Shown one piece after another: positions 1 to 8,915 of a stretch of 12,018 bases of DNA. The stretch is from positions 1 through 12,018 of the forward strand of contig BAAFSQ010000300.1 in the NCBI GenBank assembly GCA_054661495.1, in the 5' to 3' direction. The notes beneath the pieces are model-generated. The model did no database searches and was not told the DNA's origin. It saw only the letters and a list, made by a program, of their open reading frames with translations. This DNA is from Zygophlyctis sp. KS116. Taxonomy: Eukaryota > Fungi > Chytridiomycota. Position 1 is the stretch's first letter. Each line of letters starts with the position of its first letter. The translations under genes were made by a program, and so were the position numbers.

Positions 1-353
1 AGGAACTATCAGTTTCAAATGCAACGTAATAGCGTAAATAACATATTACTCAAAGATAGATATGCTGTAGACTCTGGTGTTACGATATGTGGCTGTGCAT
101 CCAAACTAGCTCCAGGAATCAGCTCACAATCAATTTACTGGAACTGTCCCTGCCTCATTATCGGGATTACCGGTCTTGGAAAAAATGTAAATTTTTGAGA
201 TTTAATCAAAGTTTTCTTGGCTCAAACGATGGACTAACAGGAACTATCAGTTTCAAATGCAACGTAATAGCGTAAATAACATATTACTCAAAGATAGATA
301 TGCTGTAGACTCTGGAGTTACTTTATGTGGTTGTTCAACCAAACTAGCTCCAG
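1..353 (+). repeat. Direct repeat with 238-bp period: 1-115 matches 239-353
   Basis: 1-77 is identical to 239-315, including the 26-nt intron (34-59 = 272-297). Six substitutions lie in 78-100, then identity resumes to 115/353. The left copy runs off the window edge. Confidence 0.92.
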
Positions 354-823
354 CGGTTAGAGTACCTCCTTTCAATACGCCAAGAGAATGTTTAGCAACT
401 GCTAAAGTAGGCTCATCATTAATAAAAAGAATTCAAATCTTCTCCAAAAACATTGGTACATATTACTTTACTTGCAATGTGGACAGTATGAAAAATCCTT
501 ACCAAGACTGTCTTAATACAATAACGGCATTTTGCAATCCTGATTATGTCAGTGGAAATCCTACTCGTATAAGAGATTGCAAAGATACAGTAGATTATAT
601 GATTTTACGAATGAATTTTAATTGGCAAAACGTTCGGGTAAAATGTGCACAGTGGGCATCATCTTCTTTTACTAAAGGAAATTATCAGTCAGCGGAATGT
701 TCACGGGCAAATTTAGCTTTGCAGGCGAATTCACACTACATAGCAGCAGATAAGTCAATCAAATATGTTTCTAAACAATTAACAGATTCCGTTATGGAAG
801 GCCTTTGGAAAATAATGTTATGA
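1..823 (+). CDS. 5'-truncated LRR protein with Cys-rich C-terminal domain (spliced; 5' part disturbed by a duplication)
   Basis: Exons ~119-186, 212-271, 298-823 (introns 187-211, 25 nt; 272-297, 26 nt) translate as SAHNQFTGTVPASLSGLPVLEKIFLGSNDGLTGTISFKCNVIAYAVDSGVTLCGC...EGLWKIML*. The NxF/LTGT(V/I)P pattern is the plant-type extracellular LRR consensus (LxxLxLxxNxLxGxIP). Ten Cys follow the LRRs. The ORF-track ATG at 257 is out of frame with the LRR exon. AATAAA at 844-849. Confidence 0.7.
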
Positions 824-952
824 ATCACTCAAAATTATGCATTAATAAAAATTATTATTCAAGATTAATTTCTACTGAATCAAAATCAAAATCAGTTTTT
901 AGAATTCTAGTAAACAGCATGCTAAAATGATTAAACCCTTGTCGAATTTTAC

Positions 953-964
953 AAAAAAAATTTT
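953..964 (+). promoter_or_regulatory. RRPE-like element (AAAAAAAATTTT) upstream of SPB1
   Basis: Matches the fungal ribosome-biogenesis motif AAAWTTTT 24 bp upstream of the ATG of a ribosome-biogenesis gene. Weak evidence because the DNA is AT-rich. Confidence 0.3.
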
Positions 965-988
965 ACTGTTGCAATCTAATCTTTTCAA

Positions 989-3569
989 ATGGGAGTTTCA
1001 AAGAAGCATGCAAAGGGGAGATTGGATAAATACTATCATATGGCAAAGGAGCAGGGATATAGGGCCCGATCTGCATTCAAATTAATACAGTTGAATAAGA
1101 AATACAACTTGCTTGACAAAGCAAAGGTCTGTGTTGATCTTTGTGCTGCGCCAGGAGGTTGGCTACAGGTGGCATCCAAATACATGCCAAAACCAAGCAT
1201 TATTATTGGTATTGATTTAGACTCGATCGCACCCATTCCTGGGGTTATGACTTTTGTGGAAGATATTACAACCTCAAAGTGTAGAGCAACACTCAAAAAA
1301 GAATTAAAAACTTGGAAAGCCGATTTGTAATTTTTAATTTTTAATTGGGTAGGTTTTTGCATGATGGTGCTCCAAATGTTGGTACTTCATGGGTACAAGA
1401 TGCATTCTTTCAGTCTGAACTAACTCTGTCAGCACTTAAATTAGCTACTGAATTTTTGATTCAAGGAGGAACTTTTGTGACCAAAGTCTTTAGATCTAAA
1501 GACTATAATAAGCTTTTATGGGTCTTTAATCAGTTGTTTAAAGTTGTAGAAGCTACAAAACCTTCATCCTCAAGAAGTGTTTCAGCTGAAATATTCGTTG
1601 TCTGTAGGGAATATTTAGCTCCAAAAAAAATTGATCCTAAATTATTGGATCCTGCTTTTGTTTTTAAAGAGGTAGATGATGTAGAGGTGGAAGGAAAAGC
1701 TTTGAAAGAAAAGCAGGGTGTTATTTTAAATAATATCTTTCATCCAGAGGTAATTTGATGGTTTATAATGATTAAGAAACGACATAGACATAGAGATGGA
1801 TACCAAGATGGTGATTATACTTTATATCAAGAGAATTCAGCTACAGAATTTGTTGAAAGCGCAGACTATTTGGATATTCTTGCTAAATCATCTTGCCTTG
1901 ATTTCAATGCAGACGAAAAATCGAAAGAGTAAGCATACAAATTTGATGAATTAGAATTTTTAATCACGTTTTAACAACAGAGGAGATCAAGGAATGTTGT
2001 AGGGACTTGAAAGTGATTGGAAAAAAGGACTTCAAAGGACTTTTAAGATGGCGGGAGTCATTGCGCATTGATCTGGGTTATGCAAAGTCCCGAAAAGCAA
2101 TGGAGGAAGAAAAGAAACTCCAAGAAAAAGAATCTGCAGAAACCCAAGAAACTGAAGAAACTCTAGCTGAAAAAATTGCAGAGGAAGCTAGATTGGTTCA
2201 GGTATCCCAAAAAAAGGCAAAGAAAAAGCAGAAAGAAAAGAAAATGAAGCATTTATTAAAATTAAGATTGGGAATGGATACTCCAAATGACATTGGATTA
2301 GAAGCTTCAACAATGGTTGGAATAGGGGAGCAAGACTTTGATTTTGGGACCTCGGATTTACTAATGATAAATTCAAAGAATTCTGAAAATGGATCTGATC
2401 AAGAATCAGCTTCAGAGTCTGAAGCATATGATTCAGATGAAGAACAGCAAAAAAAGATGGCAGGTCTCGAAACCGAAATTGATGGATTGTAAGTCATAAC
2501 AAATACTGAATATTTAGATTCGAAGATTTTTTGGCTAGAAAAACCAAGAAAAGTCCATCAGATACAGTTAAAAAAGAGAAAGAAAATGTCAACAAGGCTA
2601 AATTTGAAGAATGGTATGGAATCGAATATGATAAAAAGCTTGAACATGGTACAAAAGATGAATCAGATTCATCTAGTTTTTCAGACTCTTCTGACGAAGA
2701 AGAAAATGCCGATCCAGAAGAATTATCTTCCAATGCCAAAATGTTTTTTGATAATCCAGTATTTAAGTCTCTTGAACAGAAAAAATCTAGTTCTTTTGAA
2801 AGAGAAATTGAAAATATTTCTGAAGAATCGTCTGATGAAGAAGATGAAATGAGTGCTCTTAGACCCGCTAAAAAAAGAAAACGCAAAAGAGATGAAAAAG
2901 ACAAGAAAGAAAAAAAGTCTGAAAATGAAATAGAAATAGTTCCATTGGAAAAAGACATTAGTGAAGATGATGGTAAATTGGTTTTAACTTATAATTCAAG
3001 GAGATTATGCAATTGAAACTGCCCAAGAATATGCATTGGCCCAAAAACTAATCCGACCTTCTAAAAGAAGAGATATTTTAGATGAGTCATATAATCGATA
3101 TGCTTTTAATGATCCCGACTTACCTACTTGGTTTGTTAATGATGAAAGTAAACATAATAAGCCATCTATGCCTGTAACTAAAGAGGCAGTAGAAATCATG
3201 AAACAAAGAGCAAGAGCATTAGATGCAAGACCAATCCGTAAAGTAGCTGAAGCTAAATTCAGAAAGCAACTGCGAGCTCAAAGGAGAATCGATAAGATGA
3301 TGAAAAAAGCCGCAGTCATGAATGATGATGAAGATTTAACTGAAAAATCTAAGCTCTCTAAAATTGCAGAAATGATGTCAAAGGCCAAAGTCAAACCGAG
3401 AAAGGAAGACAAGAAACCAAAGTTAGTTGTTGCTCGTGGAACTAATCGCGGGAATAAGGGACGTCCAAAAGGTGTCAAAGGTAGATACAAGATGGTTGAT
3501 TCTCGTATGAAAAAGGAACTTCGAGCAGACAAGAGAAAGAAATCGCTCACAAAGAAGAAACGAAAATAA
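989..3569 (+). CDS. SPB1: AdoMet-dependent rRNA 2'-O-methyltransferase Spb1 (FtsJ/RrmJ family, FTSJ3 orthologue), 814 aa, 6 exons
   Basis: Exons 989-1326, 1353-1749, 1777-1928, 1955-2488, 2518-2972, 3001-3569 (2445 nt, in frame). Introns are 26, 27, 26, 29 and 28 nt. Motifs: [58 protein letters not shown] (K-D-K-E tetrad), and the Spb1 C-terminal PxWFxx[39 protein letters not shown]. Confidence 0.97.
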
Positions 3570-3600
3570 CTTAAAAAATTCATTAGTTTAAACCCTTTTA

Positions 3601-4489
3601 ATGACTCCGTCATTTGATATTACTGAAGCGATCAATAATGGCATTCATAGAAAAGAAATGTCTATACATTCCTGGACGATAACTACTTCAAAAGGCAGAA
3701 TCTATGATTCAACAGAACTATTATCAGCAAGTTCCAAACTATTGAAATTAATTCCATTTCCTGAAATGTTTTTTGGACATAATTCCCTCATTATACAACA
3801 TTCTAGCGGTTTTAAACTTTCATTCTCTGCATTGGATGCATTTTTAAGAGTCGGCGGTGAGAATGATCTAAAAGTTTCAATTTCATCGGCATGGATTAAT
3901 TCTAGAAAGGCCGAATCAGATCATTTGAAAGTATTGAATCCGTATGATTGGACATTTACAACGAATTATTCGGTATTTACAATTTACAAAAAATATTAAT
4001 GTTAGGGAGATACCACAATTAAAGCTATTGAACAAGATAATTTTGGTATGGATATAAATATTGAACTATTAAAACAGCCCGATCCAATTCTATTTTATGA
4101 ATCAATGCCTCTTTATGAAGATGAACTGGGCGACAATGGAACCTCAGAATTATCTGTTAGAATACGTGTTATGCCTAAATGTTTTCTAATTCTTCAGAGA
4201 TTCTTTCTACGTGTGGATAATGTTCTATTTAGAATTTATGATACTAGAATTTTTCATGAATGGAATCAATCTTTTGTGATTAAAGAAATTAGTCACTTGG
4301 AAATCCCATTTGATGAAGTTTTACAGGTATTTTATTTATTATTTACTCTAGGAACTTCGAAAGACTAGATCGTGCCATCAATCTGAAGGAGAAGATTTAT
4401 CAATACTATCTGATCCTCAGTACATATTCTCAATAGTAGATAAAGAGAGGCATCAAATACACTATTCAAAACAAATATATAAAATATAA
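3601..4489 (+). CDS. TIP41: TIP41/TIPRL-family PP2A-type phosphatase regulator, 276 aa, 3 exons
   Basis: Exons 3601-3972, 4006-4326, 4352-4489; introns 33 and 25 nt. Motifs PEMFFGHN, PYDWTFTTNYSG, PDPILFY, LYEDELGDNG, VRIRVMP, RFFLRVDNVLFRIYDTR. The last exon (ELRKT...DLSILSDPQY...IYKI*) is absent from the ORF track. Confidence 0.93.
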
Positions 4490-4958
4490 TATTTGGTGTA
4501 AATTAGCACAAGTTGCTAATGATGCAGCCGAAGGTGTAATAGCTATATTAGAAGATGTTTTATCTTCCTCATATGCTTGTCTTAAAGTTGAAGTAGCTGC
4601 TGGTATAGATGAATTTGTAAATGTTAATCCATTCAATCCTCCCTTTAATGAACATTATAGGACTAACCTTGCAATTAGCACAGCCAGAAACTATCCAGTT
4701 AGAATTTGTGCAATTGGCTGGAAAATAAGAAATGCATGATGTTGCAAGACATGATTGCTGAAAACTTGGTCCGAAAATCTATAATGAGGAGAATGAATTT
4801 ACTGTAACGCTTCCGATAAATGAAAATGGATAAATTGTTGGACTGGATGAACAGTTTTCTTTACAGCAGAAACAACTGCATGTATCTCTTAAAATATTTG
4901 ATTGGCTAATCACTGGACAGATCCGGACCCATAAACTCAAAATAATTGTGATTAGCAT
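4466..4958 (-). CDS. Small Cys-rich secreted, probably GPI-anchored protein, 147 aa, 3 exons (not in ORF track)
   Basis: Exons 4958-4803, 4778-4668, 4642-4466; GT-AG introns of 24 and 25 nt. Protein: MLITIILSLWVRICPVISQSNILRDTCSCFCCKENCSSSPTIYPFSFIGSVTIFGPSFQQSCLATSCISYFPANCTNSNWIVSGCANCKGGLNGLTFTNSSIPAATSTLRQAYEEDKTSSNIAITPSAASLATCANLHQILYFIYLF*. It has a signal-peptide-like N-terminus, a 10-Cys domain, an S/T/A-rich stalk and a hydrophobic tail. Confidence 0.78.
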
Positions 4959-5023
4959 TCGTGGGAATATTTGAAATTCTCAGTGATAGCACTATATGGG
5001 ATGTTTTTATGCAATGATTCTTT

Positions 5024-6070
5024 TTACCACTGGCGACCTTGAATGGCTCGGCGACTTTGACTTAGATCCGGAGAGTCCATTGGTGTTGAAGTAGGGGCAC
5101 GAATGCTTTTGATTTCCTGTGGAGTTTCTGTCACTGAGAATGAAGAATTTCCACTCAAGTTTTGAAGAGGTACCTCTGGTCGAACAAATCCAGCAGAACG
5201 TCCCTTATGTACCTCTTTAATAAGTAACTCTTTCACCAATGGGAGTAATTCCTTGATTTCTTTCCAGCTATCCAAGGAAAGCTCTCGTAAATCTTTGACA
5301 CTTCTTAAACGATGAAATTCCAGTACATTAAGATCCGATTGGATTTCTTGATCAGACCAATTTCTGTAAGCTCCCAATCGTCTTAGAATCTTACTTGCAG
5401 GAATAGAATCTACGAGTTCAGGCTCTGCATCAAATTCCTCCCGAGGGATGACTCTATTAGCAAATGGGACTGCAGCAGATACATTATTCATAGCTTGGGT
5501 AACATAAGCGGCTATCATTGCATTGTTGAAGGCAGAATTGTCCGCTAACCCATTTCCTGATCGTTTTGCGTCATCAACGTTATAAATTTGCTCGCGAGAT
5601 TGATTACTACTGGTCAATCGCTCAGCTAGCAATTCAGCATGAGATCCGTAACTTGTATTGGGTGGCTGTGCTTGTGCAGGCTGGATTGCCTGGATAGGCT
5701 GGCTTGGAAAAGTTTGACTTGATGCTGCCTGGTTTTGGCTCCAGCCAATATTTGATGCTAGAGTTTGAGAGCCAGAGCTTTTCTTTTGCTCTTCAAACTT
5801 TAAAGATGCCTTTGCTGCTTCTGCTTTCGCTGCTTCCACTTTAGCTATTTCTGCCTTTTCTTTAACCAAATCAGCTTCTCTTTTTGCTGCAAGTTCTTTT
5901 TGCAAATCTTTTTTGGATTCTTTTTCTCTTTTAGCCATATATTTAGACAAGCTACCAGATGATCCACCACCGGCTCCCCAAAACCCAAATCTACCTTCAT
6001 CTTCAGAAGAAGAGCTCGATTCATCATCTGCATATTCTGTATAATTCGTTTTGGAAGGATCCACAGACAT
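5024..6070 (-). CDS. Uncharacterised 348-aa protein: acidic N-terminus, Ala/Lys/Glu coiled coil, Q/P/S low-complexity region, possible SAM-like helical domain
   Basis: Single uninterrupted ORF that fills the gap between two inferred genes. The globular-looking segment ILRRLGAYRNWSDQEIQSDLNVLEFHRLRSVKDLRELSLDSWKEIKELLPLVKELL has SAM-like helical periodicity (inference). Confidence 0.8.
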   Translation of the reverse strand: MSVDPSKTNYTEYADDESSSSSEDEGRFGFWGAGGGSSGSLSKYMAKREKESKKDLQKELAAKREADLVKEKAEIAKVEAAKAEAAKASLKFEEQKKSSGSQTLASNIGWSQNQAASSQTFPSQPIQAIQPAQAQPPNTSYGSHAELLAERLTSSNQSREQIYNVDDAKRSGNGLADNSAFNNAMIAAYVTQAMNNVSAAVPFANRVIPREEFDAEPELVDSIPASKILRRLGAYRNWSDQEIQSDLNVLEFHRLRSVKDLRELSLDSWKEIKELLPLVKELLIKEVHKGRSAGFVRPEVPLQNLSGNSSFSVTETPQEIKSIRAPTSTPMDSPDLSQSRRAIQGRQW

Positions 6071-6085
6071 TTCTTATAATTTACG

Positions 6086-6110
6086 ATAAACAAAGCCAAC
6101 CTTTGTTTAT
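6086..6110. repeat. Perfect 10-bp inverted repeat ATAAACAAAG-ccaac-CTTTGTTTAT in a 64-bp spacer
   Basis: Arms 6086-6095 and 6101-6110 are exact reverse complements. Each arm contains the forkhead core RTAAAYA. Function unknown. Confidence 0.75.
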
Positions 6111-6134
6111 AAGGCGTTATTGGTGGCGCGCAAT

Positions 6135-8905
6135 CTACAACTGCCACCACTTCTTCTTCGACTTTGATTAATAATTGCTTTGTTTACCTGCTGATCATTA
6201 TATTCTTTGATTTTCTTAAGAAAATCACTTGTTCCTGAAGAAATATCTCCGAATTTCGTTTCTAACGCCTGCAAAGCTTCTCCCCGCTCATTCATTTTCT
6301 GTGGATTATTGAACAATCAAACTTTACCTGATGAAGCTCGCTATTCAAACTCGGATTAGAATCCCTAGATATTCCCGCCAAGTTTTCCTTTTTATCGGCA
6401 TCTAACAATTTATTTTTTTGGAGAATATGTTTCAAGTTTTCCCGAGAGGTGCCTATTTTGATATTTGGATTTAATTGAGAATCTGCGGGTTTTATATTTA
6501 CTTCAGAGCGTTCACTTTTACTATTACTATATCTATCTTACTCGCTGCTGGTTGTTATTTCAAACATTTCAAGCTTTTGTTCTTTTGGCCAGACATAGAT
6601 AAATCCAGAAGGCGAAATAAATGAGTCTGTGATGCATCTAATAATCATGATTCCCGAAAATTACTGTATGTTTCCAATGAACTGGTCTTTGAAAGACGAT
6701 GAGAGATCCGGAAGAGTAAATATCTGCAGATTTCCTGAAGTAAGTAAGATTGCCAAAAATGAAGAAGAGTTCTTGCAAAAAACACCAGACTTTAAAATAA
6801 TGCCATCTTTCGAATCTATGTGTTTTTCTTGGAGCAAGGAATGTGAGCTATTTTGTCGAAACAAGAAAATTCTAACACTTTGCTTAAATACGCAAATCAA
6901 AGACTGTTCATTTGATAAAGCTGAATTCTGAAGCATACCATTCTCTTCTAACACAAACACGGCAACTGGAGATTCGGCGATCTTTTTTTGTATGATAACT
7001 ATAGTTAAAATTCTAAAATTTTCCTTACGATTAGAAAGCTGACTTATTTCCATAGAATCAGAACTTTCCACTTTGATAACATTAATGGTTCCGTCGGCCG
7101 TAATACATATAATACAATTTGATATGTGATTGTCTATGGTTTAGAGCACTAATCGTACCATTTGAAAGGAAAAGTTTGGCAAAGCTAAAATGGGCTATAG
7201 ATTTTTCTCCTTGAACAGTAAGAGAAGTGAGAATCCCTAGGCTACTCATTTTTCCTATTTCAACTTGAAGATCATGAGAATGGATCAAGATCAAATCATT
7301 CTCGAAGTCAATCATAACGTTATTGATAATATCGTTATTGATTATACTACATATCGGATACCATCCAGGTTTGACCGCATTATAACCATAGTTTTCTATA
7401 ATCATGTTGCCCCTAGTGTAAATCCCTGAAGCTTCAGAAGATATTTCTAAATTTGTAGTTTTGGAGTGGATTGAGGGCTCATCCGGTAAATGTGTTTCTT
7501 TCTGTTCTTTCAAAGGTTCTATATCTTGTAATTTAGTATTTTGCAACATTATTTGAACATTATTTGCCTGTTGCAAAGCCGAATCTACTACTTGGTCTAA
7601 ACTTTCCATTGCTTTTTCCAGTTCAGCTTCCATTTTCATTGAAAGATCAATGTCAACTGAACTAATAAATCTATAAATTAAGATTCTTGGACCTCCAATA
7701 ACTGTTAAAGACCTTGGATTCAAAATAATCCTATCAACAGCTGTTTTTCCAAAAAGATTAGAAAAATCTAAACATTCTACAACTTGATTTAACCACGGAT
7801 CCCATATTTCACACAAATGATCATGATAAATTGCTAATAGATCCCAAGTTTTACGTTTGGGAGGAGTATAAAACTTGTTTGACGATAACCAAGAACAATT
7901 TTCATTTTTCAATGGTTTAACTTGACCAATAAGAAATTCTGTAGAGTTTGTAAATACCTTTTGAGAAATTGAAGAAATCTTTGAGAATTCAATTCCTGGA
8001 ATCTTTAAATCTATTTTCCTCCAAGATTGATTGTAATAAACCAAATTCAGAATACCAGTCTCTTCCGGTACTAACAAGTGTATTTCTTGATCCTGAGTCT
8101 TTAAAAATACTTTTCCAGACAGTTTTACATCTATCTGAGCTTGTAACAGTAATTCCTTTTTCAAATCAAAAGCAGATATTTTGTCCGATTCTACTATTAT
8201 TAAAGTAGAACCAATCCAAAATGCTTGTTTTAAATCTTTGAATTCCACTCTAAAATTCATAGACTTCTTTGCCATCCAAGACTCTTTCAAGCGATAAATC
8301 GTGATTGAATCCTTTGAAAATCCAGCAATTTTCTCTTTTTCTACACATGTACATATTCTAACAATTCCATTTGTAGCAATTTCTTTAACCTTTTTTCCAG
8401 ATTGTAAATCCCAACACGATATGAGAGACTCTTGCCCAACAATTAATAAATCTCCAGTCTCCTTCAAGTCTAAAATTCTAGTTGAAATAGTAGATTCCAA
8501 TATTTTTTCTAAAATCCCATTAGCCTTGTAAATATGTATCTGACCATTTTCTGTTCCTATAATCACCATTTCCATGTATTTCTCCCATAGACATGCGCCA
8601 TTGACCAAGATGTCAATATTATCCCATTTTAGCGTCTTTAAATCCCATATTCTTCCATGATTCCCACTCCATACCCAAAGCTTAAGCTTGATGCACAATA
8701 ATATAGAATTTTGACTTAATTCTACTCTAAATTCAGTACAAGCATCATTTGTCAATAATAATAGTTGAGAGTCTGAAATAAGAATTATTCCCAGAGACTC
8801 TTCAAAAGTCATTAAATAACAAGACTCTATTCCAATTTCCTGAACTCTATTAATTTCCAGCTCAAGACAATGTCCAATAGGAAAAAGAGATTTTAAAAAT
8901 TCCAT
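6135..8905 (-). CDS. SRO7: Tomosyn/Sro7/Lgl-family WD40 protein with C-terminal R-SNARE motif, about 878 aa, 6 exons
   Basis: Exons 8905-7159, 7133-6665, 6637-6542, 6514(or 6520)-6328, 6298-6188, 6161-6135; introns 25, 27, 27(or 21), 29 and 26 nt. WD40-like strands (IIGTENGQIHIY, LISCWDL, LCEIWD, LLTSGNLQIFTLPDL). The spliced C-terminus KMNERGEALQALETKFGDISSGTSDFLKKIKEYNDQQSKKKWWQL* parallels the tomosyn tail (ERG.KL..LE...KKWYQF). Start at 8905 (MEFLKSLF) is preferred over 8983, which lies inside RPS8. The symbol denotes the family, not proven orthology. Confidence 0.85.
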
Positions 8906-8915
8906 TTTTATTTTT

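Noticed and set aside
87-275. ORF 87-275 and the ATG at 257 as independent gene starts
   Set aside because: Both are partial frames of the spliced LRR gene that read through intron sequence.
1-353. Repeat as a CRISPR array, LTR or transposon end
   Set aside because: Only two long copies of exon-plus-intron sequence. No spacers, terminal repeats, target-site duplication, transposase or cas gene.
878-894. AATCAA-like short tandem repeat (aatcaaaatcaaaatca)
   Set aside because: Under three copies in AT-rich intergenic DNA, with no evidence of function.
1036-3613. Antisense and alternate-frame ORFs over SPB1 (1036-1362, 2188-2427, 2494-2958, 2586-2852, 3005-3199, 3278-3613)
   Set aside because: Shadows of a K/E/D-rich coding strand, giving F/S/L-rich products with no motifs.
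4992-5027. Possible 36-nt intron removing the stop of the 348-aa gene and fusing it to the Cys-rich gene
   Set aside because: The spliced frame (CAITENFKYSHEC*) stops quickly and is out of frame with ATG 4958. The length also exceeds the local range.
5845-8531. ORFs 5845-6150, 5959-6171, 6629-6931, 7969-8208 and 8301-8531
   Set aside because: They overlap better-supported genes in other frames or on the opposite strand and have no recognisable features.
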